64,000 nucleotides of DNA, from NCBI GenBank assembly GCA_027459745.1, contig DAIDHL010000003.1, positions 129,125 to 193,124 on the forward strand, in the 5' to 3' direction. Below, in pieces: positions 40,377-49,674 of the stretch. This DNA is from Candidatus Levyibacteriota bacterium (GTDB lineage Bacteria; Patescibacteriota; Microgenomatia; Levybacterales; UBA12049). Positions within the stretch are counted from its first letter, which is position 1, and each line of letters opens with the position of its first letter. The position numbers and the translations under genes were made by a program. The notes beneath the pieces were generated by a model. The model was given only the letters and a program-made list of their open reading frames with translations. It was not told the origin of the DNA and did not search any database.

Positions 40377-40805
40377 TTATTTTGCTGGGGGGATTTCTTC
40401 TATCCACAATCTTGTCTTATCATCTGGTCTGCCATGATTATAATTTACTGTTATTTCCTCATCTGTCTTGATATTTTTTATTGCAATAAATTCAATTATT
40501 TCTTCTTTAATTAATTTCCGATATGTAGCATTCGGTGAATATGAGTGATTGTACATTGAACCAAATCCCAAGCAGATCGCTCCTTTATGATACCTCTCAT
40601 CATTACCCCACATAAAATAATAATTATGTAATTTGGTTTTTCTGATTTCTAAAATATCCGGTTCATCCAATAAAATGATGGGACATCTTTCAATTATTTC
40701 CCCCATTTTAATATCTCTAGCGGTAAACACTCCCAATCCCGCATTCTCAATCTTTGATTGTGCAATATAAATATTATCTGCTGGAAGCAACTTTTTGCTT
40801 GGCAT
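40377..40805 (-). CDS. SET-domain protein (putative protein-lysine methyltransferase)
   Basis: 142 aa. GLGVFTARDIKMGEII, NHSYSPNA and EEITVNY match the SET GxG, NHSxxPN and ELxxxY motifs. Confidence 0.65.
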   Translation of the reverse strand: MPSKKLLPADNIYIAQSKIENAGLGVFTARDIKMGEIIERCPIILLDEPDILEIRKTKLHNYYFMWGNDERYHKGAICLGFGSMYNHSYSPNATYRKLIKEEIIEFIAIKNIKTDEEITVNYNHGRPDDKTRLWIEEIPPAK

Positions 40806-40809
40806 ATGT

Positions 40810-41235
40810 TTAATAAATTTTTCTTAAATCTCCATTTATAAATTCAACCCCAAATGCTAATAATTCCTCTTTATAGGTAGAATTTTCACCTATTAGGTTC
40901 CAAATATAAATCTTTAAACCTAAATAAAAAGCCAAACCTATTTCCATTAAAACATTTGCTCCAATATATCCGTTGATTCCATTCTTCTCCCCATTCACAA
41001 CTAAAATACTATCCCCTTCTGCAATTTTTTTAAAATTTGTTAAAATAAATTTACCTCTCTCTTTTGGTGTATAAACTCCTTTAAAATGACTTACTTCGAA
41101 ATCATTATTTTTTTTCATTACTTGAGTAGAAATCGGAATATTTACTTTAAAACTTTTTTCTTTTAATTTTTTTTCAATCTCAACTAATTCTTTATAACAA
41201 GACATGCTAGCACATAAAAAAATTGTTTTGTTCAT
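40810..41235 (-). CDS. Hypothetical protein (weak resemblance to nucleoside 2-deoxyribosyltransferase-like Rossmann proteins)
   Basis: 141 aa, by-eye resemblance only. Confidence 0.3.
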   Translation of the reverse strand: MNKTIFLCASMSCYKELVEIEKKLKEKSFKVNIPISTQVMKKNNDFEVSHFKGVYTPKERGKFILTNFKKIAEGDSILVVNGEKNGINGYIGANVLMEIGLAFYLGLKIYIWNLIGENSTYKEELLAFGVEFINGDLRKIY

Positions 41236-41308
41236 ACTTCTTGCATCCTAACAAAAAACACCAGCTTTCGCTAGTGCTTTTGTATAGCATTTCAGAAAAT
41301 TTTTTACC

Positions 41309-41814
41309 TTACTTTCCTGCTATATTTACCCTCCAGTGAATGCCGAATTTATCAGTCAACATACCAAAAGTATCTTCCCAAAATTGTTTGCCTAAAGGCA
41401 TATCAACTTTGCCTCCTTCAGCTAAAAGGAGGGCAGCATCTCTCTTTAATTTTCTGGCTCCCAAGGAGTCATCAGCTGGAAATAATTTCCATCTGGATCC
41501 GCAAAAGTAGCAATCCATGTATCGCCCTCACCCATTTGATATGGCTGTGCGATGACTTTTGCCCCGAGTCCCTTAATACGTTCAGCTTCCTCTTTCACAT
41601 TTTTTGTTTCAAAGTTGAACAATATACGCTCAGGTTGTGGATTTACACCTTTGATTTTATCGTGCGGTCCGATTCCCATAAATGTTTTACCTGCTACGAA
41701 ACCTTGAAAATCTCCATCCGACATATCCGGTTGTTTTTCAAATACTTTCCCGTAAAATTCAACCAATTGTTGTGGATTTTCTGATCCAATTAAAATTGAT
41801 CCAAAATTCAACAT
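41309..41814 (-). pseudogene. Frameshifted or truncated VOC/PhnB-like tandem-domain gene
   Basis: Two overlapping ORFs in different frames (41446..41814 and 41309..41518). The first is a complete VOC domain. The second is only the C-terminal end of a second VOC/PhnB-like domain (...FGIHWRVN). Confidence 0.4.
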
Positions 41815-41838
41815 AATTATTTTTCACCCCCTTTCATT

Positions 41839-42120
41839 TTAAATGTTAGACCTTTTTCTGTAAGTGTTTTTTATTGCAGATATTGAGTGTGGACCGAATC
41901 CATGTAATGCTAGTAACTCTTCTTCCGAAACGTTGTTTAGATCTTTCAGTTTGGTTATTCCGGAGTTTTGCAATGCCCTTGAAGCTGGTGTAGAAAGTTT
42001 AGAGAAATTAGTTTGTGTCTTATCTCTATAGCATTTTGGCCAGCAAATAGGACAAATTGGACAATCACTACTTTTGTTAAATTTATGACCACGATTACAC
42101 ATTTTTAATTTACTTTTCAT
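41839..42120 (-). CDS. Small zinc-ribbon plus helix-hairpin-helix protein
   Basis: 93 aa. CxxC...CPICPIC cluster. C-terminal HhH-like motif (LHGFGPHSISAI). Confidence 0.45.
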   Translation of the reverse strand: MKSKLKMCNRGHKFNKSSDCPICPICWPKCYRDKTQTNFSKLSTPASRALQNSGITKLKDLNNVSEEELLALHGFGPHSISAIKNTYRKRSNI

Positions 42121-42122
42121 AA

Positions 42123-43304
42123 TTAGTTGAAAGCCGATTCTTTTACACCTGGCTTAAATGCCCGAAAAGATAGTGCAAAACATATAACTGTCAACACCGC
42201 TCCTACAAAAAAAGTTAAGGGAATCTGAATTGTAGCGATAACCCCTCCTATAATCGGCCCAACGATCATACCCATACTCTGGTAAGAAGAATTTAAACCC
42301 ATAATCGAACCCTGCGATTTTTCATCTGTTTCCTGAGAGAGAATTGTGGGAATAAGCGTCTGCACAATACTATTAAATAAGCCTAGAACAAGTGCTATTA
42401 CTACAAAAATAATCAGGGTATGCGACAACCACATACCAGCCAAAGCCATGCCAGACAGCAAAATAGAATACTTGAAGGAATGCTCTATGCCGAATTTTTT
42501 GGAGAATAAAGATACTAAAAATGTTTGGGTTATTAAACCTACAATGCCAAATAAGGTAAAAATTAGGGCATTTTCCATCGGAGAAATTTTCAAGATATTA
42601 ACAGTAAATGGCTGAAAACCGTAGATAATCGCACAAGAAAAAGCCAACATAAAAATAAATGATATTAAAAATGTTACACCAACATTGGGATCAAATAGTG
42701 TATGCCATAATTTAGACAAATCAAACAATTTTCCTGATTGCACTTCCCCCATATGCTTGTTGGTTTCTGGTAGATATATGGCAGTCAAAATTACGGCAAT
42801 AGTGGTAATTATACCAGCTATGATAAAAGGTACTCCGGAACCAAAGCCTACAGTTAAGGCAGCAATTGCCGGTCCGAATATAAACCCGAAGTTAAAAGCT
42901 GCACCTATTAACCCAAAAGCCTGTGGACGTTCTTCAGGTTTGGTCGAGTCGGAAATAACAGCAAAAGCCACAGGTATATTCCCGGCTGTTAATCCATCCA
43001 ACATTCGTGCAAAAAACAGAAAAGCTGCGTTGGGAGCAAATGCTGTTAAGAAAAAGGAAATAGCAGTACCAATAATGGAAATCAGCAATAATGGCCGCCT
43101 GCCATATTTATCTGACATACGTCCAATAAGAGGTGTCGACAAAAACTGGCAAATCGAGTAGCTGGCAAACAAAAGTCCATTCTGAAAGTCACTCAATCCA
43201 TACTTCTTCGAATAGGCATACAAAATCGGAATGATGATTCCATATCCTAGCATATTGACTAAAACTATAAGGGCAATGATAGCGAAATTTCTATTTCTGA
43301 GCAT
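42123..43304 (-). CDS. MFS transporter (drug:H+ antiporter-like)
   Basis: 393 aa, 12 TM helices. MFS signature GRMSDKYGRRP between TM2 and TM3. Confidence 0.8.
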   Translation of the reverse strand: MLRNRNFAIIALIVLVNMLGYGIIIPILYAYSKKYGLSDFQNGLLFASYSICQFLSTPLIGRMSDKYGRRPLLLISIIGTAISFFLTAFAPNAAFLFFARMLDGLTAGNIPVAFAVISDSTKPEERPQAFGLIGAAFNFGFIFGPAIAALTVGFGSGVPFIIAGIITTIAVILTAIYLPETNKHMGEVQSGKLFDLSKLWHTLFDPNVGVTFLISFIFMLAFSCAIIYGFQPFTVNILKISPMENALIFTLFGIVGLITQTFLVSLFSKKFGIEHSFKYSILLSGMALAGMWLSHTLIIFVVIALVLGLFNSIVQTLIPTILSQETDEKSQGSIMGLNSSYQSMGMIVGPIIGGVIATIQIPLTFFVGAVLTVICFALSFRAFKPGVKESAFN

Positions 43305-43426
43305 GAGTTTTTATTTTAGTTAATAGTGACTCAAATCACAATAACAAGTATAACCATCAGCCCAAAAGGCTTAGTTTGACTAGATTTTCCTTCATGTTTT
43401 CACTAAGCCTTTTATCAAAATCTTTA

Positions 43427-43900
43427 TTAGTCTTTTTCCACAAATTTAACTAATTTGTCCAATTGCTGATTCCAGCCCATCTCCATACCTTGCAGTGGAC
43501 CTGCAGCTTCTGGTGTAGTTTTGGTGACTGAGATATGAATTGTTAATTTGGTCTTATCACCTTCTTGGACTAAATTAACTGTTACTAAATTCTCTAGAAC
43601 CGGCTCGTCATTTACGATCGCTTGTCCCGTAAACACCAATTTATTGGGAGCTTCTACTTCTTTCACTTCACCTTTCATTGGCCATCGCTGTCCTTTCATA
43701 GGCCCCAATTCTTCCCCCGCTAACATCACGATGTCTATTTTCCCCCCCGGCTTTACTTCAAATACGCAGGTTGGATTGGTAACACCGTTGGGTCCCCACC
43801 ATTGTTGGAGCAAGCTGGTGTCAGTCCAATATTTCCACACTTTTTGTATTGGAGCGTCAAAATTTCGGGTTAAAGTTAATTCTCTTTTTGCTTCTTGCAT
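43427..43900 (-). CDS. SRPBCC-superfamily protein (AHSA1-like), paralog 2
   Basis: 157 aa. RNFDAPIQKVWKYWTD ... WWGP is typical AHSA1. Co-oriented with the upstream ArsR gene. Confidence 0.65.
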   Translation of the reverse strand: MQEAKRELTLTRNFDAPIQKVWKYWTDTSLLQQWWGPNGVTNPTCVFEVKPGGKIDIVMLAGEELGPMKGQRWPMKGEVKEVEAPNKLVFTGQAIVNDEPVLENLVTVNLVQEGDKTKLTIHISVTKTTPEAAGPLQGMEMGWNQQLDKLVKFVEKD

Positions 43901-43920
43901 TATTTCACCCCCTTTCCTTA

Positions 43921-44250
43921 TTATTTGTCTTTTTCGGTTGCTAATAATTTATCTAATTTATCAAAGCTTTTTTCCCAATGTGTTTGGAACTGCTTCAACC
44001 AATTATCCAATTCGCTGATGCGCTCAGGATTTACCTTATATAACCGCTGCTGTGCTTTCTTCTCTACTCTTACTAAATCAGTTTCACGCAGAACTTTTAA
44101 ATGCTGGGAAACGGCTGGATGAGACATGCTAAATTCACCATAAATGTCTGTAGCTGACAACTGACCTTTATCCGACAGTAACTCCAAAATTTCTCGTCGT
44201 GTTGGCTCTGATAATGCATAAAATATTTTTGAAACCGAAAAACTATCCAT
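43921..44250 (-). CDS. ArsR/SmtB-family transcriptional regulator
   Basis: 109 aa. FYALSEPTRREILELL...SQHLKVL is an ArsR-type wHTH. Confidence 0.75.
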   Translation of the reverse strand: MDSFSVSKIFYALSEPTRREILELLSDKGQLSATDIYGEFSMSHPAVSQHLKVLRETDLVRVEKKAQQRLYKVNPERISELDNWLKQFQTHWEKSFDKLDKLLATEKDK

Positions 44251-44321
44251 AGTTATATATTAAAGTTTTGGCTTAATTAAGTCAATACTTAATAATATAT
44301 GCTTGAAGGTTTGAAAATTGT

Positions 44322-44858
44322 TTAATTTTCTGTAGCCAGAAGAATTTTTTGGGTGGTATGCCAAAAACGAGTGGTGGTCGCTACCCCGATTTTCTTTTCC
44401 ATCAGGCCATAAGAATTTGTAGGTCTACCGTTTTTTAAATGCCAAACCACAAACAGCTCCGTATCTGTCTTTGCCACTAATTTGTATCCTCCATCCGGGG
44501 TAGTAAAAGGCACTGGTAAATCTACTTTGGTTGGCTCTGCAAGAAATACGATAGATAAACGTATATCATCAGTTACCTTAACTTTGGCAAAAGGATCTAT
44601 GGACATAATTTTTTTTAATTGTTCTAAAGTCCTCAGAAACACCGGCACATTAAAACCTAACTCAGCTGCCAAATATTTTTGTATTTTTTGGCGTAATAAA
44701 CTTTGATCTTTTTCTTCTGACTCAAAAAATATATTTCCTGACTGAATAAATGAACGAACATTCTCTAGGTTCAAATTAGTAAACAAACCACGTAATTTGT
44801 CCATTTTCACATTATGACCACCTACATTTATTCCTCTGAGTAAAGCAATATAAATCAT
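44322..44858 (-). CDS. DUF1697-family protein
   Basis: 178 aa. N-terminal MIYIALLRGINVGGHNVKM is characteristic of DUF1697. Confidence 0.55.
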   Translation of the reverse strand: MIYIALLRGINVGGHNVKMDKLRGLFTNLNLENVRSFIQSGNIFFESEEKDQSLLRQKIQKYLAAELGFNVPVFLRTLEQLKKIMSIDPFAKVKVTDDIRLSIVFLAEPTKVDLPVPFTTPDGGYKLVAKTDTELFVVWHLKNGRPTNSYGLMEKKIGVATTTRFWHTTQKILLATEN

Positions 44859-44859
44859 A

Positions 44860-45936
44860 TTAATTTGTTATAATTTCGACTGGAAGGTTTATAAACTGTC
44901 CATATTTTTTTGCTGCTAACTGCAAGGCTTTGTTTTGCTCTTCAGTAATCTTAACCAATATCTTAAGCTTAATCACGACTTTCGTCGCTTGAATAACTCT
45001 TCTCCAACTTCCCGCCATTTTACCATTTATCAAAACTACACCCATTATCATTCCCGAACCAATATTCAAATATTTTACATGTTCATTGTCTAAAACGTCT
45101 AACCTATCTTTATAGGCAATAAAATATTCATCAAAACCTGGCAATAAATAAACTGAAGGTGAAAAACTTAGCTGTTGTGTGCTAGCAAAAAAATAATAAT
45201 CTTTGACCCCAATTTGTTGTTTATTTATTTTATTACCAAGTAAGTTTAGACCTTTTTGTGTCTCTACTTTCGTCAAGCCTGACCACCACACAAAATCACT
45301 AATCTGAGCAGGTCCATGACTTTGGAAATAACGTTTAATTAATTCGACTAATGCTTCCTCATGGGTTAATTTTTTATATTTCTTCACTCTGTCTTCCAAT
45401 AACATATATGTAAACTGTTTGCCTTTTCTCGGACCACTACAAATTAATCCTTCCAATTCAGCTTGCATAAGCACAAAAGCCAAACGAATATCTTGCGTAG
45501 GAATTTTTGCTTCTTTAAGATAAATATTTAATTCTTCACGTGTCAGTTGTTTGCCACCTTTTAATACTTGGTGAAGTATCTTATTACTTTTCTGAAAAAT
45601 CTCATTATCAAAACCTAATTTACGGTAATAGGAATTATTGAAAGCATGTACTCTGGCTGAGGTGAGATCTTGTAACCAGACAATATCTTCTGGGGTAACA
45701 AAATGCCAGGTTGGACGCATAGTGTGAGTACGTAAAATTAAACCTTCGTTAAAAGCTCTTTCAACTTGTGCATCGGTCTGTTCATGGGTACGTAGACTAA
45801 CTGCACACTTCGCAGCAGCAAAATCTTGTGCCTGCATAGCACCCAACCAATGAACTATTTCTTGTGGAGTACTAAAATTTGGGTTGATTAATTTCTGGTT
45901 AACTAATCTTAAGTTTATAACGTCTAAACTGTTCAT
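44860..45936 (-). CDS. Winged-helix DNA-binding protein, YcaQ/AlkZ-like (putative crosslink-repair DNA glycosylase family)
   Basis: 358 aa. Family resemblance by eye (HWLGAMQAQDF near N-terminus). Moderate support. Confidence 0.5.
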   Translation of the reverse strand: MNSLDVINLRLVNQKLINPNFSTPQEIVHWLGAMQAQDFAAAKCAVSLRTHEQTDAQVERAFNEGLILRTHTMRPTWHFVTPEDIVWLQDLTSARVHAFNNSYYRKLGFDNEIFQKSNKILHQVLKGGKQLTREELNIYLKEAKIPTQDIRLAFVLMQAELEGLICSGPRKGKQFTYMLLEDRVKKYKKLTHEEALVELIKRYFQSHGPAQISDFVWWSGLTKVETQKGLNLLGNKINKQQIGVKDYYFFASTQQLSFSPSVYLLPGFDEYFIAYKDRLDVLDNEHVKYLNIGSGMIMGVVLINGKMAGSWRRVIQATKVVIKLKILVKITEEQNKALQLAAKKYGQFINLPVEIITN

Positions 45937-45984
45937 GATAGAAATAAGTATATCACCTACGTAACTTCATCCAGCTAAGGTCAA

Positions 45985-46066
45985 GGCACCGAAAAAGTAA
46001 AAAGCACCAAATGTGCCGAAGGTTAATAACCTCCGGCACATTTGGGACATCACGAACCTTCGATGC
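45985..46066 (+). other. Candidate structured RNA (nested hairpins) in the divergent intergenic region upstream of glycerate kinase
   Basis: Outer stem GGCACCGAA (45985-45993) with TTCGaTGCC (46058-46066). Inner perfect 10-bp stem AAATGTGCCG / CGGCACATTT flanking a ttaataa loop (about 46008-46044). GC-rich relative to its surroundings. Confidence 0.35.
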
Positions 46067-46136
46067 CCTTTAATATTGTGTTACAGATCACCACACCTTT
46101 ACAAACCTTTATGATGTCTCTAGTATAGATATAGAC

Positions 46137-47423
46137 ATGGCAAAATTTATTAAGAACTACGAGACTTTAGCTACGACTGAAGAAAGGAAATTAGTATTAG
46201 ATCTCATAGACACCGCAATTACGGCTATTCAACCACAAGAAGTCATAAATTCTCACTTTACAATTGTAGATGAAGTCCTGCACGTACAAGATCAACAATT
46301 TAATTTACACAATTTTAGTCGTATTTTTCTCATCGGTTTTGGTAAAGGTTCCGGCGAAATTTCTTTTCTAATAGAAAAAGTTTTAGGCGAGAAACTTACG
46401 ACAGGTTATGTAATCGACGCCAAGCAACAAACGTTTAATAAGGCCCAATTTACCTTAGGTACTCATCCCCTCCCTTCATTAGCCAACCTGGATTTCACAC
46501 AAAATGTTTTGGAACAACTTAGCGGCTTAACAGAAAGTGATTTGGTAATCATGGTAACGTGCGGCGGCGGCTCAGTAATGTTTGAGAAGCCACATAGTTT
46601 GAGTCTGGAAAAATTAATTGACTTTAATAAAGCTCTTTTACATGCCGGTGCCAATATCCACGATATGAATGTCATGCGCAAACACGTCTCCAAAGTTAAA
46701 GGCGGCGGACTGGCAGAACATTTATATCCTGCGACCGTAGTAAATCTGGTTTTCTCTGACGTGCCGGGAGATGATTTATCGGTTATTGCTTCCGGCCCAC
46801 TTATTAAAGATGAATCAACAGTCGGCGAAGCTTGGGATTTATATATAAAATTTAAAATTAACCAAACGATTAAATTAAAAGAGCGAGATTTTTTTGAAAC
46901 GCCTAAGGATGATAAGTTTTTTACCCATACACATAATATTTTGATGGATACGAATATGACCGCTATGAGCAAAATGCAAGATCTGGCCAAGCAACGCAAT
47001 ATAAATGTGCAAATTTATTCTAATTCTTTTCAGTCTGACGCCGACTCGGCTGGCAAAAAGCTTATAGATAAAACACCCGATAATACATTGCTGTTGGCGG
47101 GAGGAGAAACTACGGTAAAAGTAAGTGGCAAGGGTGGTGAAGGCGGCAGAAATCAGGAACTAGTCTTGGCTGCTCTACCCTATTTGGGAGACAAAATTAC
47201 TATCGCGGCTTTTGATTCAGACGGATGGGATAATTCACCTATCGCCGGTGCAATTGGTGATAAACAAACCTTAACCACAGCTAAAGAGAAGAATCTTGAC
47301 CCTCACACTTATTTAAAAGCGCACAATAGCTCTCCATTTTTCCGAGCTGTAAACGATGCCATCATTACAGATAAGCTTTCTTCCAACGTCTCCGATTTAA
47401 TGATAGTATATAAGAAAGCATAG
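46137..47423 (+). CDS. Glycerate kinase, MOFRL family (glycerate 2-kinase type)
   Basis: 428 aa. LLLAGGETTVKVSGKGGEGGRNQELVLAA matches the MOFRL GGETTV...GGRNQE core. Confidence 0.7.
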   Translation: MAKFIKNYETLATTEERKLVLDLIDTAITAIQPQEVINSHFTIVDEVLHVQDQQFNLHNFSRIFLIGFGKGSGEISFLIEKVLGEKLTTGYVIDAKQQTFNKAQFTLGTHPLPSLANLDFTQNVLEQLSGLTESDLVIMVTCGGGSVMFEKPHSLSLEKLIDFNKALLHAGANIHDMNVMRKHVSKVKGGGLAEHLYPATVVNLVFSDVPGDDLSVIASGPLIKDESTVGEAWDLYIKFKINQTIKLKERDFFETPKDDKFFTHTHNILMDTNMTAMSKMQDLAKQRNINVQIYSNSFQSDADSAGKKLIDKTPDNTLLLAGGETTVKVSGKGGEGGRNQELVLAALPYLGDKITIAAFDSDGWDNSPIAGAIGDKQTLTTAKEKNLDPHTYLKAHNSSPFFRAVNDAIITDKLSSNVSDLMIVYKKA

Positions 47424-47480
47424 ATAACATTGGAAAGAGGAATGATTTTTTCACTGTATTAAGCAATGTTATTCACGTCT

Positions 47481-47553
47481 TTGCGAGGAGCATAGCGACG
47501 AAGCAATCTAGATTGCTTCGCTCCATTTCATTTCGCTCGCAATGACAATCATC
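47481..47553. repeat. Repeat family A, copy 1: about 70-bp imperfect palindrome with perfect 22-bp palindrome CGAAGCAATCTAGATTGCTTCG, abutting the start of the transketolase N-subunit gene
   Basis: ttgcgaggagcatagcgacGAAGCAATCTAGATTGCTTCgctccatttcatttcgctcgcaatgacaatcatcta. The gene's ATG at 47555 lies in the element tail. Confidence 0.8.
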
Positions 47554-47554
47554 T

Positions 47555-48418
47555 ATGATTGCAGAGTTGAACGATTTACAATTAAAACATTTACAAGAAA
47601 AAGCTGTCGAGATGCGTGAGCATATTATTGAAATGCTACTGGAAGCCAAATCGGGACATTCGGCCGGTCCGTTGGGTATGGCCGATATTTTTACCGCCTT
47701 TTATTTCCATATTCTCAACCATGATCCACGCAACCCCGATTGGGATGACCGTGATCGTTTGGTTCTTTCCAATGGACATATATGCCCGGTACAATATGCT
47801 GCTCTGGCTATGTCGGGCTATTTCCCGATTGAAGAATTGAAAACTCTGCGCAAAATTAACTCTCGTTTGCAGGGACATCCTCACCGAGGAACATTACCCG
47901 GTATTGAGACCACATCGGGCCCTTTAGGTGAGGGACTTTCGCAAGCTATAGGTATGGCTTTAGCCCTCAAACTGGATAATAAAGTTGCTCATGTCTATTG
48001 TTTGGGCTCTGATGGTGAATTACAGGAAGGCAATCCTTGGGAAGCAGCAATGTTTGCGGGCAAAAATAGATTATCAAATCTAACCTTAGTAATCGATCGT
48101 AACAATATTCAGATTGATGGTTTTACAGAAGATGTCATGCCTATTGAACCCCTCAAAGATAAATTTGCTGCGTTTAACTGGCATGTGTTAGAAATTGATG
48201 GACATAATATGCAAATGTTAGTGGATGCTGTCAACGAAGCCAAAGCTATTCATCAACAGCCCACTGTGATTATCGCTCACACTATCCCTGGCAAAGGCGT
48301 CGACTTCATGGAAAACAAATTTGAATGGCACGGCATGCCGCCTGATAAAGATCAAGCCAAAAAAGCACTCGATGAATTAAGGACTTTACAAGGAAAGATA
48401 GAAAATGAAAGTCAGTAA
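47555..48418 (+). CDS. Transketolase, N-terminal (TPP-binding) subunit of a split transketolase
   Basis: 287 aa. SGHSAGPLG and GSDGELQEGNPWEA are the TPP-binding motifs of the transketolase N-terminal half. Confidence 0.85.
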   Translation: MIAELNDLQLKHLQEKAVEMREHIIEMLLEAKSGHSAGPLGMADIFTAFYFHILNHDPRNPDWDDRDRLVLSNGHICPVQYAALAMSGYFPIEELKTLRKINSRLQGHPHRGTLPGIETTSGPLGEGLSQAIGMALALKLDNKVAHVYCLGSDGELQEGNPWEAAMFAGKNRLSNLTLVIDRNNIQIDGFTEDVMPIEPLKDKFAAFNWHVLEIDGHNMQMLVDAVNEAKAIHQQPTVIIAHTIPGKGVDFMENKFEWHGMPPDKDQAKKALDELRTLQGKIENESQ

Positions 48419-48440
48419 GATAGTAAGATAAAATATAATA

Positions 48441-48545
48441 GCGAGGAATAATTTTTTCGCGGTAAACCTAGAAGGGATGAACAACCGGATAAGTTCAAAC
48501 CAAGATAGTCCGACGGGTGCACAAGAAAAAATTCGTTCCTAGCGA
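48441..48545 (+). repeat. Repeat family B, copy 1 (candidate cis-regulatory leader) between the transketolase N- and C-subunit genes
   Basis: Begins gcgaggaataatttttt. Shares the family core GTAAACCTAGnAGGGnTnAAnAACCGGATAAGTTCAAACCAAGATAGTCCGACGGGTGCACAAGAAAAAATT with the copies at 49556, 51519 and 53686. Ends about 12 nt before the transketolase C-subunit ATG. Confidence 0.8.
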
Positions 48546-48556
48546 CAAAGAAAAAT

Positions 48557-49549
48557 ATGTTAAATCCAAATTTAAAACTTAACGATAAAATGTTTGACCA
48601 AGATGCTAACAAAAAAGCTACGCGTGACGGCTTTGGCGAAGGTTTGGTAGAATTGGGCAATTCAAATCCCAATGTAGTGGTGCTCACAGCCGATTTATCT
48701 GACTCCACTCGTACCGATAAATTTGCTAAGGCACATCCTGAGAGATTTTTTGAAGTCGGAGTGGCTGAACAAAATATGGCTGCTATTGCTGCTGGCTTGG
48801 CCGAAGCTGGGAAAATAGCTTTCATCTCTTCTTACGCTACTTTCTCCCCTGGTAAAAACTGGGAAACAATTCGCACTACTGCTGTTTATAATCGAGCTAA
48901 CGTGAAAATTGCTGGCCACCACAGCGGAGTGATGACGGGACCTGATGGAGCAACTCATCAAGCCACCGAAGATATCGCAATCACCCGTTGCTGGCCGGAT
49001 ATCCAGATCTATGTCCCCTGTGACAGTGTTGAAGGTAAAAAAGCCACCCTCGCTAGTGCTAATATCCCCACTGCTGTCTATTTAAGATTTACCAGAGATA
49101 AATCAGCCGTCATGACTACAGAAGAAACATCTTTTGAGGTGGGTAAAATTCAGGACTTCTGGATTTCTGATAATCCTCAAGTAACCATTTTTGCTACCGG
49201 TTATTTACTTTATCAAGCTTTATTAGCAGCTAAGCAATTAGAAGAGGAAGGTATTCAAACCATAGTCGCTAACGTTTCAACTATCAAACCACTTGACGGC
49301 GAGGGCATTTTAAGATTAACTGATAAGACCCGTGCAGTCATTACAGTCGAAGATCACCAAATCATGGGCGGATTAGGCGGAGCAATTGCCGAATTTCTAG
49401 CTAAGAATCAGCCTTTGCCAATGGAGTTTATTGGTTTGCAAGATACTTTTGCACAGTCAGGAACACCGGATGAGTTGCTGGCTAAATATAAAATGGATGC
49501 ACCCGCCATCAAAGAAGCTGTTAAGAAGGTAATAGGAAGAAAAACCTAA
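48557..49549 (+). CDS. Transketolase, C-terminal (pyrimidine-binding/C-domain) subunit
   Basis: 330 aa. FEVGVAEQNMAAIAAGLA and the downstream transketolase C domain. Confidence 0.85.
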   Translation: MLNPNLKLNDKMFDQDANKKATRDGFGEGLVELGNSNPNVVVLTADLSDSTRTDKFAKAHPERFFEVGVAEQNMAAIAAGLAEAGKIAFISSYATFSPGKNWETIRTTAVYNRANVKIAGHHSGVMTGPDGATHQATEDIAITRCWPDIQIYVPCDSVEGKKATLASANIPTAVYLRFTRDKSAVMTTEETSFEVGKIQDFWISDNPQVTIFATGYLLYQALLAAKQLEEEGIQTIVANVSTIKPLDGEGILRLTDKTRAVITVEDHQIMGGLGGAIAEFLAKNQPLPMEFIGLQDTFAQSGTPDELLAKYKMDAPAIKEAVKKVIGRKT

Positions 49550-49555
49550 AACAAA

Positions 49556-49660
49556 GAGCGAGAAATGATTTTTCGCAGTAAACCTAGGAGGGATGAAAAA
49601 CCGGATAAGTTCAAACCAAGATAGTCCGACGGGTGCACAAGAAAAAATTATTTCAAGCGA
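49556..49660 (+). repeat. Repeat family B, copy 2, in the leader of the FAD-linked oxidase gene
   Basis: gcgagaaatgatttttcgcaGTAAACCTAGgAGGGATGAAaAACCGGATAAGTTCAAACCAAGATAGTCCGACGGGTGCACAAGAAAAAATT. Differs from copy 1 at only about 2 core positions. Confidence 0.8.
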
Positions 49661-49674
49661 AAATACAAAAATAT

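Noticed and set aside
48412-48961. Minus-strand ORFs 48412..48825 and 48695..48961 overlapping the transketolase subunit genes and repeat B1
   Set aside because: They are antisense to strongly conserved transketolase sequence and run through the B repeat. Spurious.
49633-49674. GTG start at 49633 proposed by the ORF track for the FAD oxidase
   Set aside because: The upstream 42 nt are part of the conserved B repeat (GTGCACAAGAAAAAATT...). The first ATG, 49675 (MNEQLL), is the likelier start.
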